DNA of 64,000 nt, from NCBI RefSeq assembly GCF_006345805.1, contig NC_042997.1, positions 1,922,001-1,986,000 on the forward strand, read 5' to 3'. The stretch comes from Octopus sinensis (taxonomy: Eukaryota). The notes under the pieces were generated by a model, which saw nothing but the letters and a program-made list of their open reading frames with translations, searched no databases and was not told where the DNA came from. Shown in pieces: positions 38,350-50,795 of the stretch; position 1 is the stretch's first letter; each line of letters opens with the position of its first letter. The position numbers and the translations under genes are program-made.

Positions 38350-38723
38350 TCTATATATATAAGACTGATACTGTGTGTATATATTATAGTATCAGGCTGA
38401 CCAAAGCCTTGTGGGTAGGTTTCGTTACATGGAAACTGAAAGAATACTGTCGTATATATGCATATATTTGTGTGTCTGTGCGTGTTTGTACCCCCATTAT
38501 TGATTAACATCCGATGCTGCTGTGTTTATGTTCCCAAAACCTAGCGGTTCGGCGAAAGGCACGGACAGATTAAGTGCTCAGCTTACATAGGCTAAATAAT
38601 GTGGTCGAATTTTTCGACCAACGGCGGTGCTTCAGCAGGTTTGCAGTCGCACGATTGTAACTAGTAAAACAATAAAAACAGCATGTCATTTTAATCCCGA
38701 GCAATGCCGGGTATTTCTGCTAG
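38350..38723 (+). mobile_element. Non-autonomous Helitron containing a SINE fragment
   Basis: A|TCTATATATATAA 5' end; 3' hairpin cccg-agcaatgc-cggg (38696-38711) then CTAG|T (38720-38723); SINE body ~38385-38675. Confidence 0.65.
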
Positions 38724-40164
38724 TAATATCTAATTCTAACTAATCGTATGATGTCAAACTTTAAAATTTTAGATTTTGAATTGCTAGGTGTTTTCGTAGA
38801 CACGTGCATAATATTTGAAGATTAACATCCTTTTGAGAAATAAATTTATAATTCATGTAATGTAATTCAAATGTGTTTTTTCCCAAGCACTGGTTATTCT
38901 GAGTTTATTGTTGACCATGGGGAATTACATCTCTAAATATAATTGCTTGCCTTAAAGCTGTATTTTGTATTTTCTTCGAATTTCTAGAGCTACTGACGAT
39001 ATTAAAGTCACTGATATTTTCTCGAGGTGTATAGACACAGTAGTAATAAGATATTGGTGTGCATTCAACTTGAATGGTCTCTCACTTTTAGTTGTAGCAT
39101 TTTCAGAAAGTTTTCTAGGAGCACATCGTCAACACATACTTCGAGTTAAAGCATCATCTTAAAAACATACTCATTCAAATATAGGACTTCAAACGCGAAA
39201 TCTACCTGTACTCTTTTATTTGAAATTGTTTTGAATAGAGCAAATGCTACTACACCAATTGAAAAGTTTTCAATTAACTCCATCAAATAATTTTACACAC
39301 TAATGAAGTGAGAAATCTCTTCTTCCGTATTGATGCTGCCATGCCATGAACATGTTAATTCAATAACTTTTAAAATCAAATGAAAATTTAAAATATTGGT
39401 TGACTTAAATTTAAATGAAAACTATATTGATTTCTAAGCGCTTAACATATCGCTAATTGCTCGATGCATGTATGCAAATTTCGATGGTTAAATTGTGTTG
39501 TTCTAATTAATGTCATGAAATCGGGTAGAATCAAAAGACACTGTCTGAAAATATTCATCTAGCTCATTATTTCGAAGAAAAAGTGTGAGGTATCAGAAGA
39601 CTGAAATATAATTTGGTAGTATTAATTTTAATCTTGATCAGACAAAGAATAAATAAAGAATTAATCAATAATAAAATGAATAATTTAATAATTATAGCTA
39701 AACGTAATTACAAGAGTGTGGCCGGTCTAATATTTGAAATAAAATTGTGGTAGTAGAAATCATACGATTGTTTTTTAAACAATTTGCTCTGTGGTTTAGC
39801 TTTTATGCACATTTAACGTGTAACATGCAGCAGGCCTCTGTCTAGAATTCAGAATTTCTTCTCAATACAAGGGGAATATGAGCAAATGTGTGTGTGGAGG
39901 GAAGCGTTAGCATATCTCCTCACCACGCGCTCTCTAGCCTGCATATACTTCACACTAATAAACGTAATGCTTTCTTTTATCATCACAACTCTTCTATAAT
40001 TATCTCAACATAGATACTGATACAATCACTTCTGACGTTATCGTTTGTTCAAATATAAACACACACTCTGGTACCGTGTGAGCGAGATATTGACGAAAAA
40101 TATTGTCACTACTTCTTGAGTTTAAAATGAAATTCATATATCTCATACATGTGACTCTGTTGTA

Positions 40165-40505
40165 AGAAACTTGCTTTCCCAACCACATAGTCCAGGTTTC
40201 AGTTTCTTGGGCAATGGTCTTCTACTAAGCCTCGGGCCTGGGGCAAACCAAAGCCTTGTGAGTCGATTTGGTTGACAGAAATGAAATATGCCCGTCGTAT
40301 ATATATATGAATGTACGTATTTGTATCTGTTCTTTCAACACCCCCCACCCTCACTCGACAACCGATTTCGGTGTGTTTATGTCACCATAACATTAGCGGT
40401 TCGGCAAATGATACGGATAGAATAAGTACTATGCGTCGATTTGTTCGACTAATGGCGGTGCTGAAGCATGGTCGCAGTCAAGTGATTGAAACAAGTAAAA
40501 GAAAA
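40165..40505 (+). mobile_element. tRNA-derived SINE (37254 family)
   Basis: cttgctttcccaaccacat..gcctcgggcc..accaaagccttgtgagt.. Confidence 0.8.
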
Positions 40506-40689
40506 AAGATTATATCGAGATTCACCGCCAACACACGCTCATAAATACATTTATGCAAACATGTATGCATGGATATATATATATATGTATATGTGTGTGT
40601 GAGCGTGTACTTATGTGTGTGTATATGTGCATATGTATATAAATGCATATGTGTATACATGCATGACAGAAAGTCAACTTGTAAGTGTG

Positions 40690-42430
40690 CTTCCTGAACA
40701 TATTTGACTCTAAGAAACATCCCAAATGTACTCTTGCCGACTCGACGGTGTCTCATATTGCTCCTAAGGCTCGGAAGGGAATTACAAATCATTCAACACC
40801 GACCACAAGTTGCCCCTCCCCCAACATCTACCAGTATTCCGATGAACTGGATGTTGGGATCTACTAAGTCGAATGAGTTCACTGAATATCACATTGGTAA
40901 ATGGAGACTCATTCGTTAGCACACATGAGGCTGAGTAGACCTAAATTTGAAAAGCACGCACGACCCAACTGGTCACACAAAAGAGACTCGTACCCTTTTC
41001 AAGAGAGTGCCACTTACTTTTCTTCCCACAACTTTGTCATCAGTCCTTCGTTTTTGTTTTCTTTAAATGACTTACGAGGTTTTATTTCATTAAATACCAG
41101 CGTACGCGCTGGCATTCGCAGATATGTTTGGTACAACTTACACATGAACCACCGTTACATATAGAGTGATCGCTTGAACTGATCCTTGGTATTGTCCATG
41201 TTTTCCAGGGCAGGGCATTTCAATTGAGAAACAACGATTAACTGAGGTGCCTTCGTGCTACTACACATCAACTTTGTTTCCGAATAGTGAGTTCGAGTCA
41301 GATATGCAAGAGTCTAAGAACCGTCAATCATTCAGACACCTGCATGCACCGAATGGATTTTATATCTGAAAGGTTTTTGTGATGAACAATCACGTAACCG
41401 AGAATGCGCTAGTGACCCAAACTTAGATGCTTCCAAGTCGTCTTATATTTACATTTTTGCCCGAACCACTAGATCTGACTCCTGATTCAACAGCATAAGG
41501 AATGGCAGATTTGCGTTGCACTTCGCCATTCTCTGACTTTCTATGCTACTGAAATTCTCTTACTACAGAGGCATTAAGATTCTCCAGAAATGCAAGCTTG
41601 TCATTCGTACCAACATTTCTCAGAACTGTTCTCAAATTACAATAAATGCCATTTATTGTTTCGTGGGGACTGCCAAGGTTTGGAACATAAACATTAATCA
41701 CTGTGAAGAATTGTTTCAAGTTAAGGTGCAATCGTAGTATCATGAAACGCTCAGAGAAACCACGGGACAGCTCTGTCAAATGTTGGACCAAGTGCGTTTT
41801 CACAACCAGATCTGAGTTAGCCTCTTGACGTTGAGTGCTTGATATTCTCCTGTAAAATAAAAGGCAGTCGGACCCTATTTCTCCTAACACACCATCATCA
41901 GAAACACTCGTGTCGGAGTTTTATCTGAAGAATACCCTTCATAAAAAACCAGTAAGGCGCATGAGATAAACGGATCCTAACAAGTTAAAAACCGTACTTA
42001 CATTCCAGTATGCAACCTCAAGATTTGGAAATTCGCGAATATTATTTGTCTATGAATTAACTCAGAGGTTTCTTGAAAATATATATTTCATTCGACGAGT
42101 GAACAATCGACAGCCTCAAGGTGTTGACTAATTTGGTGGAAGCAAGCTTTGTTTAGATAACCTTTTCTAGATCCTTCCTACCAGTAGATGAGTAGTGCTA
42201 TCCCTAAAAACGGTTTAGTATCACACGCAGTGCTGCCCAATCTCTCCCTTGCCACATATGAAAACGAAGCGCCATTCATCTCAAGCCATCTACATGAATG
42301 TTAGCAATTACTCACAACATATCAGGCTTGTACACTTCACTGCTGTACCATCCATATAGCGCTTCTTTGTGAACATCCTGTGCATGGCGTTTTGGATGGA
42401 TACATTTTTGCGCAGCACTGAACCAACTTT
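40690..42430 (-). mobile_element. Degraded RTE-like LINE (5' UTR, AP endonuclease, 3' pieces)
   Basis: AYWNVST; SERFMILRLHL..FTVINVYVP..YCNL..NDKLAFLENLNA. Confidence 0.72.
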
Positions 42431-43299
42431 TCAGCGCAGTTAGATACAACTCCAGTGACGAGACAGTGGTTGAGACGACCAGAAAATCTGTTGCGCTAAA
42501 GTGTTTTTTATTTTACTTCTAAATACAAATTTGCTTTCTCCTAGCAGAAAGATCCAATAGAAACTCGGTGTCCTTCACTCTCACTTTTCGTGTAATCAAC
42601 GCTCATTCTTGAATGAAATATGAAAACGGGAAATGTTTCAAATGCATCTTCAGTAAATCATGCAAGATCTACAAAAGCGTAGATGTTTGAATGTAAGTAT
42701 ATGCATGGGAAGAGTTACATTAATCTGATTTTTCAGTCATTTTTCACAATTTCACTGGAGATATGTAAGGAAAGATTTAGTTCAGAAAATACGTTTGCAG
42801 AATAAATTAGCTTATTTTCGTGATTAGTTATTTTTTTATCCTATGTTTTAAAATGATGGATCTTTACCGTATGTATTGCTATACTTAAGTGTGGGAATCT
42901 TATTTTCTGATAGTTCCCTCCATGCAACACAAACACCTACGTATGTCTGAGTGCACGCATATTCGTACGCACTGAAAAGGCATGACGTTACTTGTAGAGG
43001 ACAATTCCTTATTTGGATTGAATGTCAGACCTCTTTACCTTCACATTTAGGTTGAGATGTCCTAACTGATGATATTACATGTCTACTGTAATTGTGATAT
43101 TACAGGTAGCAACTCGATATGGTTCTCATTCACCCCATCATGCTAAACAACATTCAATACCTTACTTGGATGGAGAATCCTTTTGAATTTTGGTTGATGC
43201 AATTTGCCTCTTCTAAAATCACTTTCTGCACTACTTAACTTTATTGCAAAAGATCCACATTTCTTCTTCAGTCACTACTCTTTTCAAAAAATGATATAA

Positions 43300-44300
43300 T
43301 GTCACCAGAGTGCTGTGGAGAATTGCAGATACCTATTAGTGCTGAGCAGGGTTTTTTTCTGTCAAATTATGGGGAGGGAGAGAAATGTTTGAATTTAAGC
43401 ATCTTTCGAAGCCATTACATATGGCGGTCAATTATTCAATGGCTACAATGCAAATTCTCGCCTCTTAAAACTATATTATTTTGATCCGGTTTTGGAAAAA
43501 AAATCAGGTCTTTATCTTGTTCTGTCATTCAAACACCATGAATAATTCGAATTGCTTTTGCTGTGTTATTGCCCTTTATAAGCTCCTAAAGATTGATATT
43601 TACATTTTTATATATGAAGGTGAAAGCCGTACCTGAACAGGCTTATTCAGAATGTAACAACATAAAATACTACATCATTACTTTTCAGTAATATGCACTA
43701 TAGATTTCTATTTCTGGATCTATTTTTCAAGCTTAATCTGCGTTTATATTTTTAGGTAACCAGCTTATATAATGTATTTATAAAGTTCGCCAAGTCACTT
43801 TTTAGAAATCTATCTCTATATTATTTAAGGCATCTTTATCTAATTTTCATTCATACTTAAGATAAGAATGTGTCTAATCTAGTAGTGATAATATAAAATC
43901 CTATCACTATTGGCATTGCATTTATCTTCTTTAAGGGCAATATATATGCAATCTCTATCTACTTAGATTGTCATCCATCTGCAGTTTCTATTGTTTTTCC
44001 ATTCGAAATCTACCACCTTCTGGACTTGCAATATCAATTATTTATTGTCCTATTCAATTTACCGTTATTGCAACAGTGTCAAGTAACCCCCGATTCATCA
44101 TCTGTTCATATAGGATAAAGAAATCCTGAAATATTTTCTTGTGTCTGGACTCAATTATGCAACGATATTGGTGATCATAGAATTTCCCTTCTCGTTCGAC
44201 AAACCGTACAATGAAATTATGCTTTCTATAATATCCATTTTCAGGTAATTTGTTGAACTCACATGCAGAATATGCTACATTTTCAATTGTTGTCCCCACG
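43300..44300 (-). mobile_element. Very old LINE RT remnant
   Basis: FNKL....IVRF..EG....QYRCI....KIF resembles the IVP..KKG....NYRGI....KIF RT motif. Confidence 0.35.
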
Positions 44301-45180
44301 TATTCTATAATGGATAGTTAGTAGATTTATAGATGTGAAATTGTATGAATTTCACTTCTCCACAGAGGCTGCTTCTCAATTATAATTATACTTAGTTCTG
44401 TTTCACGTTTTACGTCATATATTTCTCTCGAGAATCATTTCTACTGGATGTTCGTTGTGCATTTCTCTCTAATAACCACTGTATCTTAGAACGTAAGTAA
44501 GCTTTTTTTTTATTATAATTCAAGAGGGCAGATAACTGAATTATATTTCAAGGTAAGTATGAATTGACACTCCGCAATATTACTTCGTAAACTATTCGAC
44601 TGGAAATATTCCCCAATGTTAGTTTCGTTTATACGATAATATGATACTTTAATGTCACTTTTTTCTCGTAGCTCTTCCAAAGTCTTTCCTCGAGTAGTTG
44701 CGCTCTATTATTTTTAACGCACCTTTTATGCCCACTTTCATTCAGTTCATAATAGAAAAAGCTTGTTATATATATTCTTTTATTCTGTAACATACCGCGC
44801 AACAATAGAAGTATTTAAAAAATTAAACGTTTTCTCTGGTATTTAAAGAATACGTTTTTTTCTCTTTTAGTACATATTCGACATAATTTCCTTCGAAAGA
44901 GTTGCCCAGCAGAAGAAAACAGCCTGTTATCTCATATAAATGACGACTCTCATTTAAGTGAGGATTAATGAAGCTGATCAGTTCAACAGGGTACCGCACG
45001 CGTAATATGCCGAGATATGAATACACAAAATCACCTGCATACGAACAATACTGCAACAGTTCACACGTTTCGGACATGTAGAAATGCTGGTATGTTAAGT
45101 ACGGGCACTTCAAACAGGCGGAGGAATTTTCATAATTGATTATCATGTCTAACCACAAACCACTGTATGCAAGAACGCTC

Positions 45181-45550
45181 ATGGAAGCACTCCGTCGGTT
45201 ACGACGACGAGGGTTCCGGTTGATCCGATCAACGAATCAGCCTGCTCGTGAAATTAACGTGTAAGTGGCTGAGCACTCCACAGACACGTGTACCCTTAAC
45301 GTAGTTCTCGGGAATATTCAGCGTGACACAGAGAGTGACAAGGCCGGTCCTTTGAAAGGCAGGTACAATAGAAACAGGAAGCAAGAGTGAGAGAAAGTTG
45401 TGGTGAAAGAGTACAGCAGGGATCACCACCATCCCTGCCGGAGCCTCATGGAGCTTTAGGTGTTTTCGCTCAATAAACACTCACAACGCCCGGTCTGGGA
45501 ATCGAAACCGCGAGTCCGCTGCCCGAACCACTGGGCAATTGCGCCTCCAC
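45181..45550 (-). mobile_element. tRNA-derived SINE (OR-like head, second tail type)
   Basis: TSD agaacgctc at 45172-45180 and 45551-45559; colinear with 46257-46640. Confidence 0.88.
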
Positions 45551-45639
45551 AGAACGCTCTTAATGGCCTACTCGATACCAAGAGGCACTTTTAGGTTTTC
45601 AGCGTTTATACTTATAATTAATATTATATTAAACACATT

Positions 45640-46000
45640 AGATAGACATTTTCTTGGGTGCATTCTTCAATTGTAAGAATGCATTGAATGCCTAAACCAA
45701 TAGGAATCTCCTCCATAATATAACATCTTTGTTACTTCCATCAAGCACATGAGATGTTGAAAGTTGCATAGTTCAAAATCAAAGCCACCATGCAGTTTGC
45801 AGACTCGAGGTATCTGCTGTGGTATTTCTCTCAGTTTGTCCAGGCGAATCATATGTCTCTGCATTCAGAAGTTCTTTTCTTGTGGTGGTGACCAATAGAA
45901 GAATCTTCTGATCAGTGAAAATATTTCTTACCACATGAAGTAAAAGATATGCACTCCAATCGGCTCAGTAATTTCCTAGAAAAATGCACGACGCTAATCG
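45640..46000 (-). mobile_element. Possible Tc1/mariner-superfamily transposase remnant
   Basis: IFTDQKI resembles the first catalytic-D motif (FTDEK); otherwise highly decayed. Confidence 0.3.
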
Positions 46001-46256
46001 TATTGTAAAAGTATTGTAGTTTTAACTACTTAGCGTCTGACATCGCATGGATAACTTCGTTGTAGCTCCTCTTGTGCGAAGTTTCTGATGCCGCTTTTGA
46101 ATTATTCCAAACACGTTCCTAAAAGATTTTAGGATCAATAAAATTGAAAAATTCTCTTAATGGCAAAATCTACAGTTTGAACAAAATCACCTATTAATGA
46201 TAACGCAACAAAAATTAATAAAAATACCGAATCAACAAAAATATACAAACATGATT

Positions 46257-46640
46257 CGTGGCACTCCGTCGGTTACGACGGTGAGGGTTCCAGTTAAACC
46301 GATCAAAGGGACAGCCTGCTCGTGAAATTAAGGTGCAAGTGGCTGAGCACTCCACAGAGATGTGTACCCCTAACGCAGTTCTCGAAGAGATTCAGCGTGA
46401 CACAATGCGTGACAAGGCTGGCCCTTTGAAATATAAGTACAACGGAGACAGGAAGAAAGAGTGAGAGAAAGTTGTGGTAAAAGAGTACAGCATGATTTGC
46501 CACCACCCACTGCCGGACCCTTGTGGGGCTTTAAGTATTTTCGCTCAGTAAACACTCACAACGCCCAGTATGGGAATCGAAACCGTGATTAAATGACCGC
46601 GAGTCCGCTGGCCTGACCACTAGGCCATTGCGCCTCCCCA
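46257..46640 (-). mobile_element. tRNA-derived SINE (same family as 45181)
   Basis: Full-length alignment to 45181-45550. Confidence 0.88.
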
Positions 46641-47019
46641 CAATCATGATTAATTTTCTTGCCTGCAGTTGTCAAAACATTTGAAATTGAGTAAACTTTG
46701 GAGGGAATGAAGAAATGAAACTGAACATTCAGCCGTTCATTACTAGCTAGACTAGCAATTGGTATTCTAAATTTCAGTGGCTTTTGAACCAAGATCTATG
46801 ATTGATAGAAATTATTGCTCTTCATGGTCAGTGTGTATCCAGCATAAGTAGGTTTTACGAATAATTCTATTTGTATCAGGGGAAATATATATATATATAT
46901 ATTTGTATAATTTTTGTGCCTTTTGATATACTAACATTACTATATAAAACACATCTTCTCTTCAAGGTTTTCACATTGTGCTCTTTACTGACACTCCTCC
47001 AATGCAAAATTAAGAAAAT

Positions 47020-47117
47020 ATTATTATTATTATTGTTATTGTTATTATTATTATTATTACTATTATTATTATTATTATTACTATTATTACTATTATTATT
47101 ATTATTATTACTATTAC

Positions 47118-47153
<36 letters not shown>

Positions 47154-47170
47154 CATCATCATCATTATTC
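47020..47170. repeat. (TTA)n microsatellite at the 3' end of a Dong-like LINE
   Basis: Seen directly. Confidence 0.95.
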
Positions 47171-48641
47171 ATGCACACTCAACAGATTAGACTGTTGGAA
47201 AAGAAAAGAATCCTAACATTTGGCTACAACAAGTGGATTTGGATGCCAAATATCAGAACTCTGATATGTTAACCCTCCTAAGTATCCTAATAACCTAGTG
47301 GTCAGGCCAGCGGACTCGCGGTCATTTAATCACGCTTTCGATTCCCATACTGGGCGTTGTGAGTGTTTACTGAGCGAAAATACTTAAAGCCCCACAAGGG
47401 TCAGGCAGTGGGTGGTGGCGAATCATGCTGTACTCTTTTACCACAAGTACCTAATAACACTGTTTTCTGCCACTGTTCTCAGATGGGTTTTATGCCTATA
47501 TCCTCTATCCATCTGTTCAGGTCTTTAGAGATAGTTCCCAATGCACCTATAACTACTGGGATATGATTGATCCACATTTTCCATAGTCTTTTTTAATTCA
47601 ATTGCTAAGTCCTGGTACTTTGATAGTTTTTCTATACTTCTCATATTAAGTTTTTCCTCATTTGGGACTGTAAAGTCAATTATCAGGCAATTTCTATTCC
47701 CTTCATATACTACTACCAAATTAGGCCTTCTAGCTTCTATTACTCTGTCAGTTTGAATTTTAAAGTCCCACAGCATGTATTGCTAGTACTTTTCTAGGTT
47801 TATGTTCCATTTATCAGTATGTTCCAATACATGCTTTCTAAATAGCTCCCAGTAGATTACTCGCCATACATTGTCATGTCTTTTCTTGTATACTTCCTGT
47901 GCCATCATGCTTCATTTACTTACTATATGAGTAACGCGTTACTCTTTTGATTTGGATTATCTACATGATTTTTGTATATTTTGTCATTCATCCAATAATT
48001 GCTCAATGATTGATCTTGTGCAGCAACTAACACATTTTCTGTTTCCCTCTTCAGCTTTCCTTTCTGCAGCCATAACCATGTCTCACTACTTGCTGAAACT
48101 GTCTTTGGGAATCTGCGATGCAACGCCTTTTCCGGCCAGTCAGATACTTTCCGCTTTTTTCTGGTTTTTAAGTTTCTCTGGTGTTTTGGTTTCCCTATAT
48201 CTTTCTGTGAGTCTAGCAGCTTTTAATAAACTATCTTCACTCTTACCTACATAGGAGCCTATATCTACTGTAGCTAACTGCAAGAAGAGTTATTAACCAT
48301 CATCCACCTTCCTAACTAGGTAGGTATGATCTTGCTATTTCTGCCCCTGGGTGGAATCCTCCATTCATATTCATTCCTATTTCATCTGCCTAGCTTTGCT
48401 AATTTTGTGTCTGTCCAATCTACAAAAGCTGCTAAGTATCTACATAATGATACTGCCCAAATATTTATAGCCTTCTCCGCTTTCTGATGTAATCCTTCCC
48501 AATTTTGTTTTCATCTCTGTAGTTAGTAGTCTGTCAGATTCTAATACTCCTAGATACTTATAACTCTCTCCTCCTTTCAATGATTATAATGCTTGACTAT
48601 CTGGTACGCCAAATTCCATGCCTATTATTATTATTATTATT

Positions 48642-48682
<41 letters not shown>

Positions 48683-48960
48683 TATTATTATTATTATCAT
48701 TATTATTATTATTGTTATTATTATTATCCTCATCATCCTTGTCATCATAATTATCAACAAGCTAGTACATTATAATTTAATTAGTCGGATGATGTCTTTA
48801 GGTTTGGCGACAACAAGTTTCTTCATATCTCAAGAGTGTTTCTGTGCATTCGTCTATATTATAGGATTGTATTTTTCTGTCTGTAGATCGACAATGCAAC
48901 TCTGAATTCTGATATGTTAACCACTTTGGTTAGTATTGTGGATGTTGTGACAAGTGCAAC
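47170..48960 (-). mobile_element. Dong/R4-like LINE fragment (RT end, REL domain)
   Basis: YKYLGV; KAINIWAV; WLWLQKGKLKRETENVLVAAQDQ; YKKRHDNV; LWDFKIQTDRVIEARRPN; IIDFTVP; EKLSKYQDLAIEL; PVVIGALG. Confidence 0.85.
47295..47446 (+). mobile_element. 152-bp inverted local copy of SINE 46472-46623 inserted in the LINE
   Basis: 3 mismatches to the neighbouring copy; shares its private variants. Confidence 0.85.
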
Positions 48961-49329
48961 AATTACAACAACAATAACTGTTGCCTTTGTCATTGACACT
49001 CTTCAGTTCTCAGGCTAGATACCGATGTTTTTCAATTCTTTGTTATGGACTCTGGTGCTATAGAGAATTCCAAAATCTGTGATCTTACACTGCTTGTTTA
49101 TTTTGTGTCCTGTATTTTCACCTTTTCATAGGTGATGCTGTCTACTAGGATTGACATGTCTATGGCTGAACATATTTTTCAACGGAATTTTCACCACAAT
49201 ATCATGTCTGCTGGACTAAATAGCTCGTTCGGTTTGAATACTAAGATTTCAAAGAACGGCGATGTATTTATTTTCTACTTTGATAGGCTTACGTCGCCGA
49301 CATTTCAAATGAAATATGTACTCAAATTG

Positions 49330-49470
49330 AGAGCATATTGTGTGGTAAGAATCTTCCTTGATAGACACATAGTTCTGGGTTCAATCACACTGCGTGACAC
49401 TTTATGTCGTCCAAAGCATTGGGAGTGGATTCGATAGACAAACACTACAAGGAACTAAAAGAAGCCTTTC
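49330..49470 (+). mobile_element. Degenerate SINE (37254 family)
   Basis: tgtggtaag..ctgggttcaatcacactgcgtgacac..gagtggatt..aaagaagcc. Confidence 0.6.
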
Positions 49471-49814
49471 GGAAGGAAACTGTCAGGGGGGAATTAACAA
49501 AAAACGGCTTATACACATACCGAAGTCATAGAAGCGTACATGTTTTGTGAGAAACATCGTAATGGATTAGCAAATCTTTGGAAAGTTACTGTGGAAGATA
49601 CAGATAAAACGCGTCGGTAATACAAAATAAAATTGATTTATTTTACATAAGTTTGTAATCATGCAAATGCAACATTTAAAAAATTACATTTTAAAGAATA
49701 ACCTATCTTTTTTCTGAATCTCACGATTATATGTCTTGTAAGAAAGCTGTATTGAAGAAAGTGGATTTAAAAAAAAATAAACAGTACAAATAAGTTTAGT
49801 CGCCGACGACCCTA

Positions 49815-50330
49815 CCATGTGTACCTCGGTCAAGAAGTGACTATAAAGCGAGGGATGGAGAATGAGATCTCGTAAAGCGTAAGAGCAGAATGAAGAGCAT
49901 TCAACTCGACTGTGCTGTTAAAATGAATGGTGCAAGTTGCTTTGTCTAGGTTCGACTTTAGCACATCCTTGGTCGAAATCTTACTGCAATTCTATACGCA
50001 TGAGAGACTTGGACCATGGTGAAGAAAGAACATCTGCTTACGGCGCAGAGATTCATGGAAAGGTCGATGTGAGGAGTCTTCCTAAGAGATCGCATTCAGA
50101 ACGAAGAGATCAGGAATAGAACTGGAGTGAAGGACGTCGTCGCAGAATACCACCATGCAACGCTAAAATGGGCTGGATATTTAGCAAGTTTCAAAGACAA
50201 TCGGTGGACCCGTGCAGTCGTTGAATGGTACCGCGTGAACGGAAAAACAAGTGGGAACAGCTCCAATCAGGCTGGAAGAGGATTTAAGAATTTAGTTTCA
50301 AACAAGGAAATGGAAAACAATACTGCCGAA
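49815..50330 (+). mobile_element. RTE-like LINE 3' fragment
   Basis: LYA.ETWT; MERSM.GV.LRDRI.NEEIR.RTGVKDV; LKWAGYLA..DNRWTRAVVEW. Confidence 0.8.
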
Positions 50331-50374
50331 TCGGCACCAGATAGCCTCAGTAGGCTTAATCTATCCCTTATCAA

Positions 50375-50795
50375 GTACTGCACCGAGAAAACATTATACT
50401 CTGTGTAGATATGAAAGGAGCTGTCTATCATGAAGAGTTGTAACAAAACGATACAGGTAATGCATACCATTGTTGTTTGTTGGAAGCATATCACAAAAAT
50501 TACAATAAAAGTGCGGTCGAACGTCCAGGGGTGATAACTCTTACAACACCTATTCACTACATGTTCACACATTCCTGAAAGTATTACATTTTGCACCACC
50601 ACCTTACTCTTCTGATCTTCCACCCGCTCTTCCTCATTACTTCAGTTCATAGCAACATCATTTAGAGGAGAGAAGAGTTTAAAATTTTGAAGCGGTGAAA
50701 ACTTTTATGTCTTCATAACCTGAAGAATTTTACAGGTGATCCAAAATTTGCCATATTGGTGGTATTATGTCATCAATAACATGAGCGAAAATATC
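50375..50795 (+). mobile_element. Degraded mariner transposase 3' half
   Basis: DMKGAVYHE; PPYSSDLPP..HYFSS; PEEFY; NLP.WW.YVI. Confidence 0.72.
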
